Of a DNA stretch of 64,000 nucleotides, positions 20,592 to 29,803 are shown in pieces. The number at the start of each line of letters is the position of its first letter. Within the stretch, counting starts at the first letter, position 1. The position numbers and the translations under genes are program-made. A model generated the notes under the pieces. That model was not told the origin of the DNA and made no database searches. It was given only the letters and a program-made list of their open reading frames with translations. This DNA is from an uncultured delta proteobacterium (lineage in GTDB: Bacteria > Myxococcota_A > Polyangia > Fen-1088), in contig CAVTRY010000012.1 in assembly GCA_963737265.1 (NCBI GenBank), forward strand, positions 96,001 to 160,000, written 5' to 3'.

Positions 20592-21746
20592 TCAAAGTGG
20601 AGTGGGCGACTGATACAACTGAAGGATCTCGTCCGCCCCGAGGGCGCGCGTCCAGATTGCGACCTCGTCGATCTCGCCGGCGAACTCCTGGGCGGGTCCG
20701 GCGAGAGGTAGGCAGCCGAGGTAGAGTGGTGACGGGGATAGCGGGACCAATTCGGCGGATTCGCTAAACTCGCCATCCACGGCGCCGTCGACATAAAGGC
20801 GGACGCGCTGGCCCGCTGGCAGCCCGCCATCGAAGACCACCGCAACATGGTACCAACGGTTGGTGGCAAAGGTCCGTTGGCCGTGAAAACGATCCGTGCC
20901 GACATCGGCCCATAAGTAAAAGTCCGCGCCGCCATCGGTCCACAGGAACATGCTGTACGAGCTGTCGACCATGTAGTTGGTTCGCTTGGCGATGATCCCG
21001 TTGGAAGCGGGATCGAGAGCGGTGGGGAAGATCCACGCCGCCAATGTAAGCTGTGTCGTGGGACGCAAGCTGGGATCGTCGGGAATCTGGACACAGCCGT
21101 TTCTGTCGTCGAAGGATCCCGCGCGTCCGAAGTAGCCATGCGCCGTTGTGTTGGGCAAGAGGTCGGACGAATCGGTTCCCTTGACCGCCGTTCCGTTGTT
21201 GTACCCACAGCTGTCGATGACTTCGCCGGAAACGCCACTCCAGGAGGCTTCGTCCATGTGCATAACGAGCCCGCATCCAGAAAGGAGTCGACTCTCGGCC
21301 GCGCCGCCTGTGCCGGCACCGCCCGTCCCGCCCCCGCCCGTCGCCGCAATTCCACCGGTCGCCGCGATATCGTCCGGCGCCGCGATTCCGTCCGGCGCCG
21401 CGATTCCGTCCGGCGCCGCGATTCCACCCATCGCCGCGGTCCCGCCCATCGCCGCGGTTCCGCCTGACGCCGCCGTTCCGCCTGACGCCGCGATATCGTC
21501 CGGCGCCGCGATATCGTCCGGCGCCGCGATATCGTCCGGCGCCGCGATTCCGCCGGTGGCTGAAACGCCTCCGGCGCCCGTGGCGCCGTCGTCCGTCCCA
21601 TCTTCTCCGTCGCTACTGCTGATGGCTCCGCCGTTGGCCGACGCGCCACCCATTGCCACCCCTCGGTTGGTACCCGTGCGGGCATTGCAAGCCAGCCCCG
21701 AGGCCAAGAAAAGGGCGGCTAGCAAGACTGTCGAACGGGCCAACAT
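20592..21746 (-). CDS. LamG/concanavalin-like domain lipoprotein with low-complexity linker
   Basis: Lipobox GLAC; LTLAAWIFP, RWYHVAVVFDG, LYVDG, FAGEIDEVAIW. Confidence 0.85.
   Translation of the reverse strand: MLARSTVLLAALFLASGLACNARTGTNRGVAMGGASANGGAISSSDGEDGTDDGATGAGGVSATGGIAAPDDIAAPDDIAAPDDIAASGGTAASGGTAAMGGTAAMGGIAAPDGIAAPDGIAAPDDIAATGGIAATGGGGTGGAGTGGAAESRLLSGCGLVMHMDEASWSGVSGEVIDSCGYNNGTAVKGTDSSDLLPNTTAHGYFGRAGSFDDRNGCVQIPDDPSLRPTTQLTLAAWIFPTALDPASNGIIAKRTNYMVDSSYSMFLWTDGGADFYLWADVGTDRFHGQRTFATNRWYHVAVVFDGGLPAGQRVRLYVDGAVDGEFSESAELVPLSPSPLYLGCLPLAGPAQEFAGEIDEVAIWTRALGADEILQLYQSPTPL
21340..21552 (-). repeat. In-frame 18-bp tandem repeats (PDDIAA / PDGIAA / xGGTAA)
   Basis: Repeated cgccgcgatatcgtccgg-type units in the LamG gene linker. 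Confidence 0.85.
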
Positions 21747-21808
21747 TTAGACGGGCTCAGTCAGCTGCCCATAAAGATAACATCTATTGCCAGGTGGTGA
21801 GGCGATTT

Positions 21809-22387
21809 GGGTGCCTCCCTGAAACGGGGGCCCCAGCCGGGGGCTCGGTGAGGTAGCAACTTCTGGCGGAGTGCCGCCGAAAACGCAGATATGGAACAGC
21901 GAGGAACGGAGAAACAGAGACAGGATGACTTTACTGGGCAAATTATCGCCGCCTGCATCGAAGTCCACCGTCACCTCGGTCCCGGGCTGCTTGAGTCGGC
22001 CTACGAGCACTGCCTGGCGCGCGAGCTAGGCCTGCGTGGATTTCGCACGCAACGTCAGGTCGCGATTCCTCTGCAGTACAAAGGCATTGACCTCGACTGC
22101 GGCTATCGCCTCGACCTCATGGTGGAAGGCCGTTTGGTCGTCGAAGTCAAGGCGGTAGAGCAGTTGCTTCCTGTCCACTTGGCACAGGTCATTACCTATC
22201 TCAAGCTCCTACGACTGCCGGTGGGCCTGCTCGTCAATTTCCACGTCCCCGTACTTCGCGAGGGTCTCCGCCGCCTCGTCAACCCAACCCGTGATCCCTC
22301 TGGTCCTCCGTTCCTCCCTGTTTTTCCCTCCGATCCCACCTGCGCGGGGCGAGGTGAAGCCCCAGCCCCCATTTCAGGGAAGCACCC
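21809..22387 (+). mobile_element. 579-bp TIR element carrying a GxxExxY gene, copy 1
   Basis: TIR GGGTGC(C/T)TCCCTGAAA(C/T)GGGGGC; direct repeat AGGCGATTT at 21800-21808 and 22388-22396; near-identical copy at 54784. Confidence 0.93.
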
Positions 22388-22403
22388 AGGCGATTTCACG
22401 TAG
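21891..22403 (+). CDS. GxxExxY family protein (PD-(D/E)xK-like nuclease fold)
   Basis: IEVHRHLGPGLLESAY signature; YRLDLMVEGRLVVEVKAV; AQVITYLK...GLLVNF. Confidence 0.92.
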   Translation: MEQRGTEKQRQDDFTGQIIAACIEVHRHLGPGLLESAYEHCLARELGLRGFRTQRQVAIPLQYKGIDLDCGYRLDLMVEGRLVVEVKAVEQLLPVHLAQVITYLKLLRLPVGLLVNFHVPVLREGLRRLVNPTRDPSGPPFLPVFPSDPTCAGRGEAPAPISGKHPGDFT

Positions 22404-22416
22404 CGTCTACCACGGT

Positions 22417-23577
22417 TTAGGTGGAATCTTCGTCACCGAGGAACAGCGTCTGGACCTCGCCGAGGAGCGCAAGCACCTCGTCGGCTACGATTTCCAGCCC
22501 ACCGGGTCTGAGCCCGACCCGTTCCCAGGCGTCGGGAGAGATGCGCGATAGGCGCAGCTCGCCGTTCGAGCCGAGATCCAGCGACTGGACCAAGAGATCC
22601 GCCAGGTGAATGACGGCGGTCGCCGGCGTGTGGCCGCGCGGTCCCGCCGAATGGTGGTTGGCCGTGGCATCGCGAAAGAAGGGCGGCAGCGTCCACGACG
22701 CCATGAGGGCGGCGCCAACCGCTGCGTGGTCGCAACCAAATATCGCACGCTCGGCCTCCTCAAGTGGCTTGTCGCCGTCGCGATGCCGTTCGAGCGCAAG
22801 CTGCGACCTCTCAGGTAGCATTTGGTACATGGCCAGACTGCCGATATCGTGCAGCAGTCCCGCCACGAAAAACCGTTCGGCGTTGGGCTCGCGACGCAGA
22901 CGCGCGATGGAGCGCGCGGCGATGCTACAGGCCAGGCTGTGCTTCCAGAACGACTTCATGCTGACGAGCTGCGAGTCGATACCTTTGAAATGGGACAGGA
23001 CCACCGTGGCCAAGACCAGATCGTGAAGCTGGCGCGTGCCGATGATACGAACGGCGTCTTCGATTCCCTCCACCCGGCGTGAAAACCCGTAGAAGGCGCT
23101 GTTGGCAATGCGAAGCAGGCGGGCGCACAATGCTTGGTCGTAGCTCAGGATGGTTCCGATGGCGGCGCTGGAGCTGGCGGGGTGGTTAATGGCCTTGTCG
23201 ACGTGGAAGTAGATGTTGGGCAGCGAAGCCAAGGTGCCCACGCGGGCAACGATGGTTTCCGGATTGATGGGTGGGCCGAGCGGATTGCGCGCTGGCAGTG
23301 CCTTCCCCACGGGCGGGCAAGCGGGCCCACAAGCTGGCGCGGTCTTGCCCGGGTACTTGCTTGGATCGGCCCGGGGCGCGCGCCGTTGCGCCACCGAGAC
23401 CAGCTCGCCGAGCACAGGATTGGCGATATCATTGGTGCCGAAAAACCGCAGGAACTCGCTCGAACGGCGCGTTGGATTGGGGCAGCTCGCCGGCCGCTGG
23501 TGACGGAGCCAGGGATGGTTCCGGCGCGGCGGCTTGAGGAGTCGGCAAAGGCATGAGAATTCCCTGGCTCCGTTCAT
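22417..23577 (-). CDS. HDOD-domain signal transduction protein
   Basis: LASLPNIY, DQALCARLLRIANSAFYG, FWKHS, AGLLHDIG, DHAAVG; N-terminus uncertain. Confidence 0.88.
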   Translation of the reverse strand: MNGAREFSCLCRLLKPPRRNHPWLRHQRPASCPNPTRRSSEFLRFFGTNDIANPVLGELVSVAQRRAPRADPSKYPGKTAPACGPACPPVGKALPARNPLGPPINPETIVARVGTLASLPNIYFHVDKAINHPASSSAAIGTILSYDQALCARLLRIANSAFYGFSRRVEGIEDAVRIIGTRQLHDLVLATVVLSHFKGIDSQLVSMKSFWKHSLACSIAARSIARLRREPNAERFFVAGLLHDIGSLAMYQMLPERSQLALERHRDGDKPLEEAERAIFGCDHAAVGAALMASWTLPPFFRDATANHHSAGPRGHTPATAVIHLADLLVQSLDLGSNGELRLSRISPDAWERVGLRPGGLEIVADEVLALLGEVQTLFLGDEDST

Positions 23578-23634
23578 CGACAGAAAAGGCCCATAACTTG
23601 ATAGAGGAACTCTGGGGTATCCTTTTGCTCTTCG

Positions 23635-24809
23635 TCATGGACAAACCCCTCGCATGGCCGCGTCGAGCGTGCCGAGCATCGAGGTGATCTCGTCGGCCGC
23701 CACCCGCAACGACGGCATCAGCCGCAGCACGCGCGGGCGTGCGGCATTGACGATGAGGCCGCCTTCAAAGCAGGCATCGCGCACGGCTTCGGCGCGGGCA
23801 GCGGGCAGCTCGATGGCCCACAGCAGGCCGCGGCCGCGCGCGGATCCACCATACCGTGCGGCCAGAGCGCGCAAGCCGCGTTCGAGAAGCGCGCCGCGCG
23901 CCCGCACGGTGGCCAAGAATTCGGGCCGCGCGATCTCCGCGACGACGGCGTTGCCGACCGCGGTCATCAGAGGATTGCCGTGGTACGTGCCTCCTTGGTC
24001 GCCCGGCAGCAAAACAGTCGGCGCGCTCGTTGGCCAGCACCGCCGACAGAGGGAACGCCGCCGCCCAAGCCCTTGCCCAGGGTCAGGATATCGGGGCGAA
24101 CGCCCTCATGCTCGAAGGCGAAGAGGGTTCCCATGCGGCCAAGGCCGGTCTGCACTTCGTCGAACACCAGCAGCAAGCCGAATTCATCGGCGATCTGCCG
24201 CAGCCCGCGCAGGTAGCCATCCGGCGGGACGATCACGCCGGCTTCGCCCTGGATGGGCTCGACCATGATCGCCGCGGTCTTCGGCTGCCGAACATGACGC
24301 CGGACCGCCGCGAGATCGCCGAACGGCACCCGGCGAAAACCCGGCATGTTGGGCGGAAACAGCTCGTCCCAGCCCGGCTTCCCGCTCGCCGCCATGGCCG
24401 CCAGCGTACGTCCGTGAAAGGCTTGCTCGGCCGTGACGATTTCGTACGCGCCTTGGCGGTGCAGTCGCCCCCACTTGCGCACCAGCTTGATCGCGCCTTC
24501 ATTCGCCTCCGCGCCGCTGTTGCAGAAGCCGACGCGATGAAGACCAGAAAGCGCAACCAGTCGTTCCGCCAATTCAATCTGCGGGGCATTGTGAAGTGCG
24601 GGGCTGGCGCTGATGAGCAAGGACGCCTGCTGGGCCAGCGCGCGAGCCATCTCCGGCGCGGCGTGACCCAGGGCATTGACGGCCCAGCCTTGAATGAAAT
24701 CGAGGTAGCGGCGGCCGTGGTCGTCCCACAGGTACGAGCCTTGGCCGCGCACCATGACCCGATTAGGGCGGGTGGTGACGGTCATCAGGGACTGGGATCG
24801 CTCTAGCAT
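23635..24809 (-). pseudogene. argD: Acetylornithine aminotransferase (class III) with two frameshifts
   Basis: YLDFIQGWAVNALGH, NSGAEANE, FHGRT, EPIQGEAG, DEVQTG, GKGLGGG; frames change near 24052 and 24010 before GGTYHGNPL. Confidence 0.85.
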
Positions 24810-24850
24810 CGGTCGGTCTCCTTTCGGGCGACCGATGCGAGGATGAACGC

Positions 24851-24881
24851 AAGCAGCCGCCCTTGGTCGGGGGGGCTGCTT
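24851..24881 (-). terminator. GC-rich hairpin in the argD leader, possible attenuator
   Basis: AAGCAGCC...GGCTGCTT stem directly downstream of a short ORF; weak U tract. Confidence 0.4.
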
Positions 24882-24891
24882 GGTTTCGCGT

Positions 24892-24972
24892 CTAGTTCGC
24901 GCGCGTCCCGCAACCGCCACCGTTGGTAGCGGCGGCGCGACGGCTTTGCTTGGCGGCGCGAGAACGGAACAT
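24892..24972 (-). CDS. Putative Arg-containing leader peptide
   Basis: MFRSRAAKQSRRAAATNGGGCGTRAN* (5 Arg in 26 aa) upstream of the hairpin and argD. Confidence 0.3.
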   Translation of the reverse strand: MFRSRAAKQSRRAAATNGGGCGTRAN

Positions 24973-25065
24973 CACCAGGTCATGGTAGCAAAAAGCCGGG
25001 ACGAAGCAATGGCTAGCTCGCGCTCCGCTCTGGCGCGAACGTCCGCGCGTCGTTAGTATCGCCGT

Positions 25066-25491
25066 ATGTCGACCGCGAAGCTGGCCCTTGAAATCTTCGA
25101 TACCGGCATGAGCTGCGCCGAGGCCGTGGCCGCCGCCGGGATGAAGCGCTTGGGACGGGAGAATGACCTCATCCCGCGCATTGCCACTGGGTTCGGCGGC
25201 GGGCTCAGCCGAACCCAGTCGGTGTGCGGGGCGCTGACCGGCGGCGTGCTGGTGCTCGGCGCAGCCTTCGGTCGCGACAAGCTGGGGGATGACCGCAATG
25301 TCCTCGTGACCAAGGTGCAGGCGCTGACAGACGGCTTCCGCGCGCGTTTCGGCAGCGACAACTGTTTTGCCCTGACCGGCTTGGACTTCAACGACCCGGC
25401 CGCGCAGGTCACCTACCGCCAGCGCGTTCACGCGCAGTGCCGAGGCTACGTGGAATACATTTGCGAGCGGCTCAACGAGCTGTTGGGATAG
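25066..25491 (+). CDS. C-GCAxxG-C-C family putative redox protein
   Basis: SCAEAV, GFGGG, VCGALTGG, two further conserved Cys. Confidence 0.88.
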   Translation: MSTAKLALEIFDTGMSCAEAVAAAGMKRLGRENDLIPRIATGFGGGLSRTQSVCGALTGGVLVLGAAFGRDKLGDDRNVLVTKVQALTDGFRARFGSDNCFALTGLDFNDPAAQVTYRQRVHAQCRGYVEYICERLNELLG

Positions 25492-25589
25492 GTCGCCGTC
25501 CTGATTATTAACGGTGTTCGGCCGGCGCCGATTCGTGTTGGCGCGAAGACGCTCGCCAGGTATCTAACCAGCTTCGAACGATCGTGCAT

Positions 25590-26792
25590 ATGGAAAGCGC
25601 CGTCTCCACCGTTGGGCCAATGGTCGTCGGGATTCCCGTCGCGTTCCTGCTCTTTGGCGCCGTTCTGGTGGGCGTCATGGTGCTGCACCGGCGGGCGCTT
25701 GAGGTTGCGCTGGTCGGCTTGGCGCTTATCGTTGCCCTGCGCCTCGGCTTCTCGCGCTTCGACCCTGTCGCCCACCTGGCCCGGGAATGGGCGAAGCTTG
25801 TCAACCTCTTCGGCTTACTGGTGGGCTTCGCCCTGCTCGCCGACCACGTCGAGGCGTCGCACCTGACCGGCCTGCTTCCGCGCGTCCTTCCACGCGGAGC
25901 GCGCGGCTGCTTCACCTTGCTCGTTCTCGTGTGGCTGCTCTCCGGCGTGCTCAACAACATCGCCGCCGCGCTGGTAGGCGCGACCATCGCGGCCGGCCTA
26001 TTCGAGCGGCGGGTTCATCTCGGCTACCTCGCCGCGATCGTCGCCGCTGCCAACGCTGGCGGAGCCGGTAGCGTTCTTGGCGACACCACGACGACGATTA
26101 TGTGGATCGACGGCACGAGCCCGCTCGCGCTGTTGCCGGCGTATATCGGGTCGGCCAGCGCTCTGGCGGTCTTCGGCACGCTGGCTTCGGCGCAACAGGC
26201 GAAGCATGCCGCTGCAATCGTCCGTGCTCCTGGGCACCTTCCCATCGACGGCAAGCGCGTCGCTATCGTCGTAGCGGCTTTGATGGCGGCGGTGGCAACG
26301 AATGTCGCCGCTACCGCTCTCTTGAAATCGCGGGCTGAGAGCTTTCCATTTCTCGCGGTCTCATTGTGGTTGGTATTGCTGGCTGGAATGACGTTGTGTC
26401 CGCTCAATTGGAAGCTTGTGCCGCGCGCAATTCGCGGCAGCGTGTTCCTCTCGGCGCTCGTCTTGTCCGCGTCGCTGATGCCGATCGAGACCTTGCCCAA
26501 GGCGACCGCGACAACTACGCTCGCCCTGGGCTTGATTTCCGCTATCTTCGACAACATCCCGCTCACCAAGCTAGCCCTGGCCCAGGGCGGATACGATGCC
26601 GCGCTGCTCGCCTATTCGGTGGGTTTGGGCGGATCCATGGTGTGGTTCGGCTCCTCGGCGGGCGTAGCCGTTTCCGCTCTCTTTCCGAAATCCAAGTCGA
26701 TCGTAAAATGGCTCCGCCACGGCTGGCATATACCGCTCGGCTTCGCGGTCGGCTATCTCGTGTTGGTCGGGTTCCACGGCTGGAAGCCGTGA
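25590..26792 (+). CDS. Ion-transporter-superfamily permease (citrate transporter/NhaD-like)
   Basis: ~11 TM segments; ANAGGAGSVLGDTTT, SAIFDNIPLT, WFGSSAGVA. Confidence 0.8.
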   Translation: MESAVSTVGPMVVGIPVAFLLFGAVLVGVMVLHRRALEVALVGLALIVALRLGFSRFDPVAHLAREWAKLVNLFGLLVGFALLADHVEASHLTGLLPRVLPRGARGCFTLLVLVWLLSGVLNNIAAALVGATIAAGLFERRVHLGYLAAIVAAANAGGAGSVLGDTTTTIMWIDGTSPLALLPAYIGSASALAVFGTLASAQQAKHAAAIVRAPGHLPIDGKRVAIVVAALMAAVATNVAATALLKSRAESFPFLAVSLWLVLLAGMTLCPLNWKLVPRAIRGSVFLSALVLSASLMPIETLPKATATTTLALGLISAIFDNIPLTKLALAQGGYDAALLAYSVGLGGSMVWFGSSAGVAVSALFPKSKSIVKWLRHGWHIPLGFAVGYLVLVGFHGWKP

Positions 26793-26802
26793 CCCGGCCG
26801 AT

Positions 26803-28020
26803 TCAACAGGGCGTCTCGCGATTCGACAGGAATAGAAGCAGCAACAGCGCCGGCGCCGCCATCGCCATGGTGGTGGCGAAAAAGATCGGCCAGCCCGCGG
26901 CGATGATGAGGTAGCCGGAGCCCGCGCCGAGAGTGCGCCCGACCAGCGTGGATGCGCTCGACAGCAACGCGAACTGAGTGGCGGAGAAGGACTTGTTACA
27001 CAGGGACATGAGGAACGCCATGAACGCGGCCTCGGCCATGCCGCTGCACAGATTGTGGATACCAATGGCAAGGGCCAGCAAGGCGTGGTTCTTTCCCACG
27101 AGAGCGAGAGCGAAATAGCCGCTGTTGGTGGCGGAGGCGAGAACGCCGAAGAGCAAGAGCGACTTGCGCACGCCGAGCTTGGCCACCATGCCGCCGCCAA
27201 GCAGAACGCCGACGGTCATGGCGGCGAAACCAACTGCTTTGTACCAGGCGGCGATTTCGGCGCCGGAGAAGCCGGTCTTGATGAGAAAAGGTTGGATCAT
27301 GCCGGATGCAACGTAGTCGCCCAGCTTGTAAAGCATGACGAAGGCGATGGCGCCGAGCGCGCCCGCGCGCGCGAAGAAATCGAGGAAGGGTTTGATAAAG
27401 GCGTCGGCCAGGGTGCGCGGCGGGCGCACGGCCTCGGGTTCGGGCGCGCGCCAGGTGATGACGATCATGGGCAACATCAGCAGAGCGATGATTTTGAAAA
27501 CGGTCGGCCACGACAGAACGTCCGATAACGCCAACGCCCCTGCCCCCGAGACCAGCATGGCGATGCGGTAGCCGAGCACGAAGGTCGAGGTTCCCGAGGC
27601 GCGCTCGGAAGCGGGCAGGACATCGGTGCGGTAGGCGTCGCTGACCACGTCTTGGCTGGCGGAGAGACACGCGACGATGAGCGCGGCAGCCGCCATGGCC
27701 ACGGGCGCGGAGCGAGGATCCACGGTGCTCATACCGAAGATGGCGACGGCCAAACCAAGTTGCGCGAGCGCGATCCAGCCGCGCCGGCGGCCGAGGAAAG
27801 GCAAGCTGAAGCGGTCGAGCACCGGCGCCCAAAAGACCTTGAGCGAATAGGGCAAGCTGACCAGCGCGAAGAGGCCGATGGTCTTGAGGTTGACGCCCGC
27901 CTTAGTCATCCACGTGCCGAGGGTGGAACCCGACGTGGCGAGCGGCAGGCCAGACGCGAACCCCATGCCGATGAGCATGCCGACCCGCTTGCTGCGGAAT
28001 GCACCAAGAAACGTCCCCAT
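26803..28020 (-). CDS. ampG: AmpG-family muropeptide MFS permease
   Basis: GFASGLP, LPYSLKVFWAP, LGRRRGW, SASQDVVSDAYR, SATQFALLSS. Confidence 0.92.
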   Translation of the reverse strand: MGTFLGAFRSKRVGMLIGMGFASGLPLATSGSTLGTWMTKAGVNLKTIGLFALVSLPYSLKVFWAPVLDRFSLPFLGRRRGWIALAQLGLAVAIFGMSTVDPRSAPVAMAAAALIVACLSASQDVVSDAYRTDVLPASERASGTSTFVLGYRIAMLVSGAGALALSDVLSWPTVFKIIALLMLPMIVITWRAPEPEAVRPPRTLADAFIKPFLDFFARAGALGAIAFVMLYKLGDYVASGMIQPFLIKTGFSGAEIAAWYKAVGFAAMTVGVLLGGGMVAKLGVRKSLLLFGVLASATNSGYFALALVGKNHALLALAIGIHNLCSGMAEAAFMAFLMSLCNKSFSATQFALLSSASTLVGRTLGAGSGYLIIAAGWPIFFATTMAMAAPALLLLLFLSNRETPC

Positions 28021-28225
28021 GAATTCACCTTCTCTTGCTTGAGCCAGGCGCGCCAGTTTTCGTGTGGGGGCGGTTTTGCACGCAGGCGCGGGGCGGAATG
28101 GTCGACTGCCGCCGCGGGCGAACGGGCAAAGGGCTGGATTGCTGGCCTTTGTGGCGCGCGCCTCTTGGCACGCCCGCTGCACATTGCTGATGCGAGACCC
28201 GCAACACCCAAAAGGAGAAGCCGCC

Positions 28226-28453
28226 ATGTTGAAGAACATCCTCATCGCCCTCGGAATCGCCGCCATCACCAGCAGCTCTGCGTTTGCCGCCGCCAAGGCG
28301 CCCGCGCCCAAGGCCGTCCATGCCACGCACAAAGTCGCGCAGGCCGGCGAGGCGAAGCCCGACGAAGGCAAGGCCAAGGCCGACAAGAAGGACAAGAAGG
28401 TCAAGAAAGACAAGAAGGGCGCCGAGAAGACCGCCGAGCCCGCGAAGAAGTAG
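28226..28453 (+). CDS. Small secreted Lys/Ala-rich protein
   Basis: AAGGAG RBS, signal peptide ending SAFA, low-complexity KDKK tail. Confidence 0.75.
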   Translation: MLKNILIALGIAAITSSSAFAAAKAPAPKAVHATHKVAQAGEAKPDEGKAKADKKDKKVKKDKKGAEKTAEPAKK

Positions 28454-28489
28454 TTTCCCGCGCAAGCAGCAGCGCGAGATGAGAGCCTT

Positions 28490-28528
28490 CACGGAGGCCA
28501 GGAAAGGAGCGCCTGGCTTCCGTGTTTC
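28490..28528 (+). terminator. Hairpin terminator
   Basis: cacggaggccagg...cctggcttccgtg stem followed by ttt. Confidence 0.5.
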
Positions 28529-28571
28529 CGTGAGCGAGCAACTTCTTCGCCGGGTTTGCCGACAAACAGGC

Positions 28572-29798
28572 ATGGCGAAAGAACCTGTTCTACTGGCGGC
28601 GCTGCTTGCGGCGTCCTGGATAGTGCCTTCGTGCATGCCCGCGCTGCCGAATGGTTCGACAGTGAATTCGCAGGTGGCCACAGCGGGCACAACCCAAGGG
28701 ACTGGCGTGTGCGGCAGCGGTTCGTGGCGGCCCGGCTGGCTCGAGATTCACCACATCGACGCCGGCTTGGGCGTGTCGACCCTGATTGTGAGTCCCGTTG
28801 GCCGCACCATGCTCATCGACGCCGGCGAGGCCGAATGGGACAAGAGCGACGGCGCCCAGGTGATTGGAGCGTACGTGCGATCGGTGCTCGGTTGCGCGCG
28901 GCTCGACTATGTCGTTATTTCGCATTTCCATTTGGACCATGTCGGCTTTCCCGGCTACGGCGGCATCTGGCATCTCGTGCACCAACAGGGCTTTGCAATT
29001 GGCAAGCTCTTGCACCGCGACCTCAATCGCTACTCTGGCGCCAGCAGTGCCACGTTGTCGCAATGGCGCACCTATTTGCAAAGCGATGACGGGCGCGCTC
29101 TCAATCCCGAAATAGCCACCGTGGGTGAAAGCCAAGTGCAGCTTGGCGAAGGCGTCTTCTTCGCCTTCGTTGCGGTCGACGCCAACGGCACTTTGCCCGC
29201 GGGCGACTTCGCGTCCGATCCGGCACCGCCTGATGAAAACGACTACTCCATCGCCGCGGTACTGCGCATGGGACGACTCGACTATTTCACCGCCGGCGAT
29301 TTGTCGGGCAAGACCATGGTTTCGCAGAAGGGCGGATACTCGTATCACGATCTCGAGACGCCCGTCGCACCGCTGGTGAAAGACGTGGACGTCTATCGCG
29401 TGAGTCACCACGGCAGCAGCTACGCTTCGAACGCCACCTTGCTGGGCGAGATCCATCCCGAGGTCTCTATCATTCAAGTCGGCGATGGCAATCAAGATGG
29501 CCATCCTACCCAAAGCACGGTCGACCACTTGCTGGCGACCTCGGCGCTCTACCTGACCGAGCACGGCGACCCCAGCACGAACCTGCGCTCCGGTAAGGTC
29601 GTGGGCCACGTGGTGCTGCGAACCGCAACCGGCATCGACTACACCGTCAACGGCGACGCATTCCTGGCCAGCGATCCCTGGCGCACGGACAACGACGGCG
29701 ACGGCTACTTCAGCGAAGCCGATCCTGACGACAATTCCGCGACCGTCGTGCCCGCCTTGAACGGCGGCTGCGATGGCGCCTATCAGAGCTGTCCGTGA
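28572..29798 (+). CDS. Secreted ComEC/Rec2-like metallo-beta-lactamase-fold hydrolase
   Basis: MLIDAG, SHFHLDHVG, DENDYS, FTAGDL, VSHHGS, GHP; C-terminal DNDGDGY motif. Confidence 0.85.
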   Translation: MAKEPVLLAALLAASWIVPSCMPALPNGSTVNSQVATAGTTQGTGVCGSGSWRPGWLEIHHIDAGLGVSTLIVSPVGRTMLIDAGEAEWDKSDGAQVIGAYVRSVLGCARLDYVVISHFHLDHVGFPGYGGIWHLVHQQGFAIGKLLHRDLNRYSGASSATLSQWRTYLQSDDGRALNPEIATVGESQVQLGEGVFFAFVAVDANGTLPAGDFASDPAPPDENDYSIAAVLRMGRLDYFTAGDLSGKTMVSQKGGYSYHDLETPVAPLVKDVDVYRVSHHGSSYASNATLLGEIHPEVSIIQVGDGNQDGHPTQSTVDHLLATSALYLTEHGDPSTNLRSGKVVGHVVLRTATGIDYTVNGDAFLASDPWRTDNDGDGYFSEADPDDNSATVVPALNGGCDGAYQSCP

Positions 29799-29803
29799 GA
29801 AAA

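Noticed and set aside
21340-21552. Repeat array as a possible CRISPR
   Set aside because: Contiguous in-frame coding repeats without unique spacers; no cas genes in the window
23429-23577. Possible frameshift at the HDOD N-terminus (alternative Pro-rich start at 23554)
   Set aside because: The HDOD frame is already open from an ATG at 23577, so a frameshift is not required; unresolved
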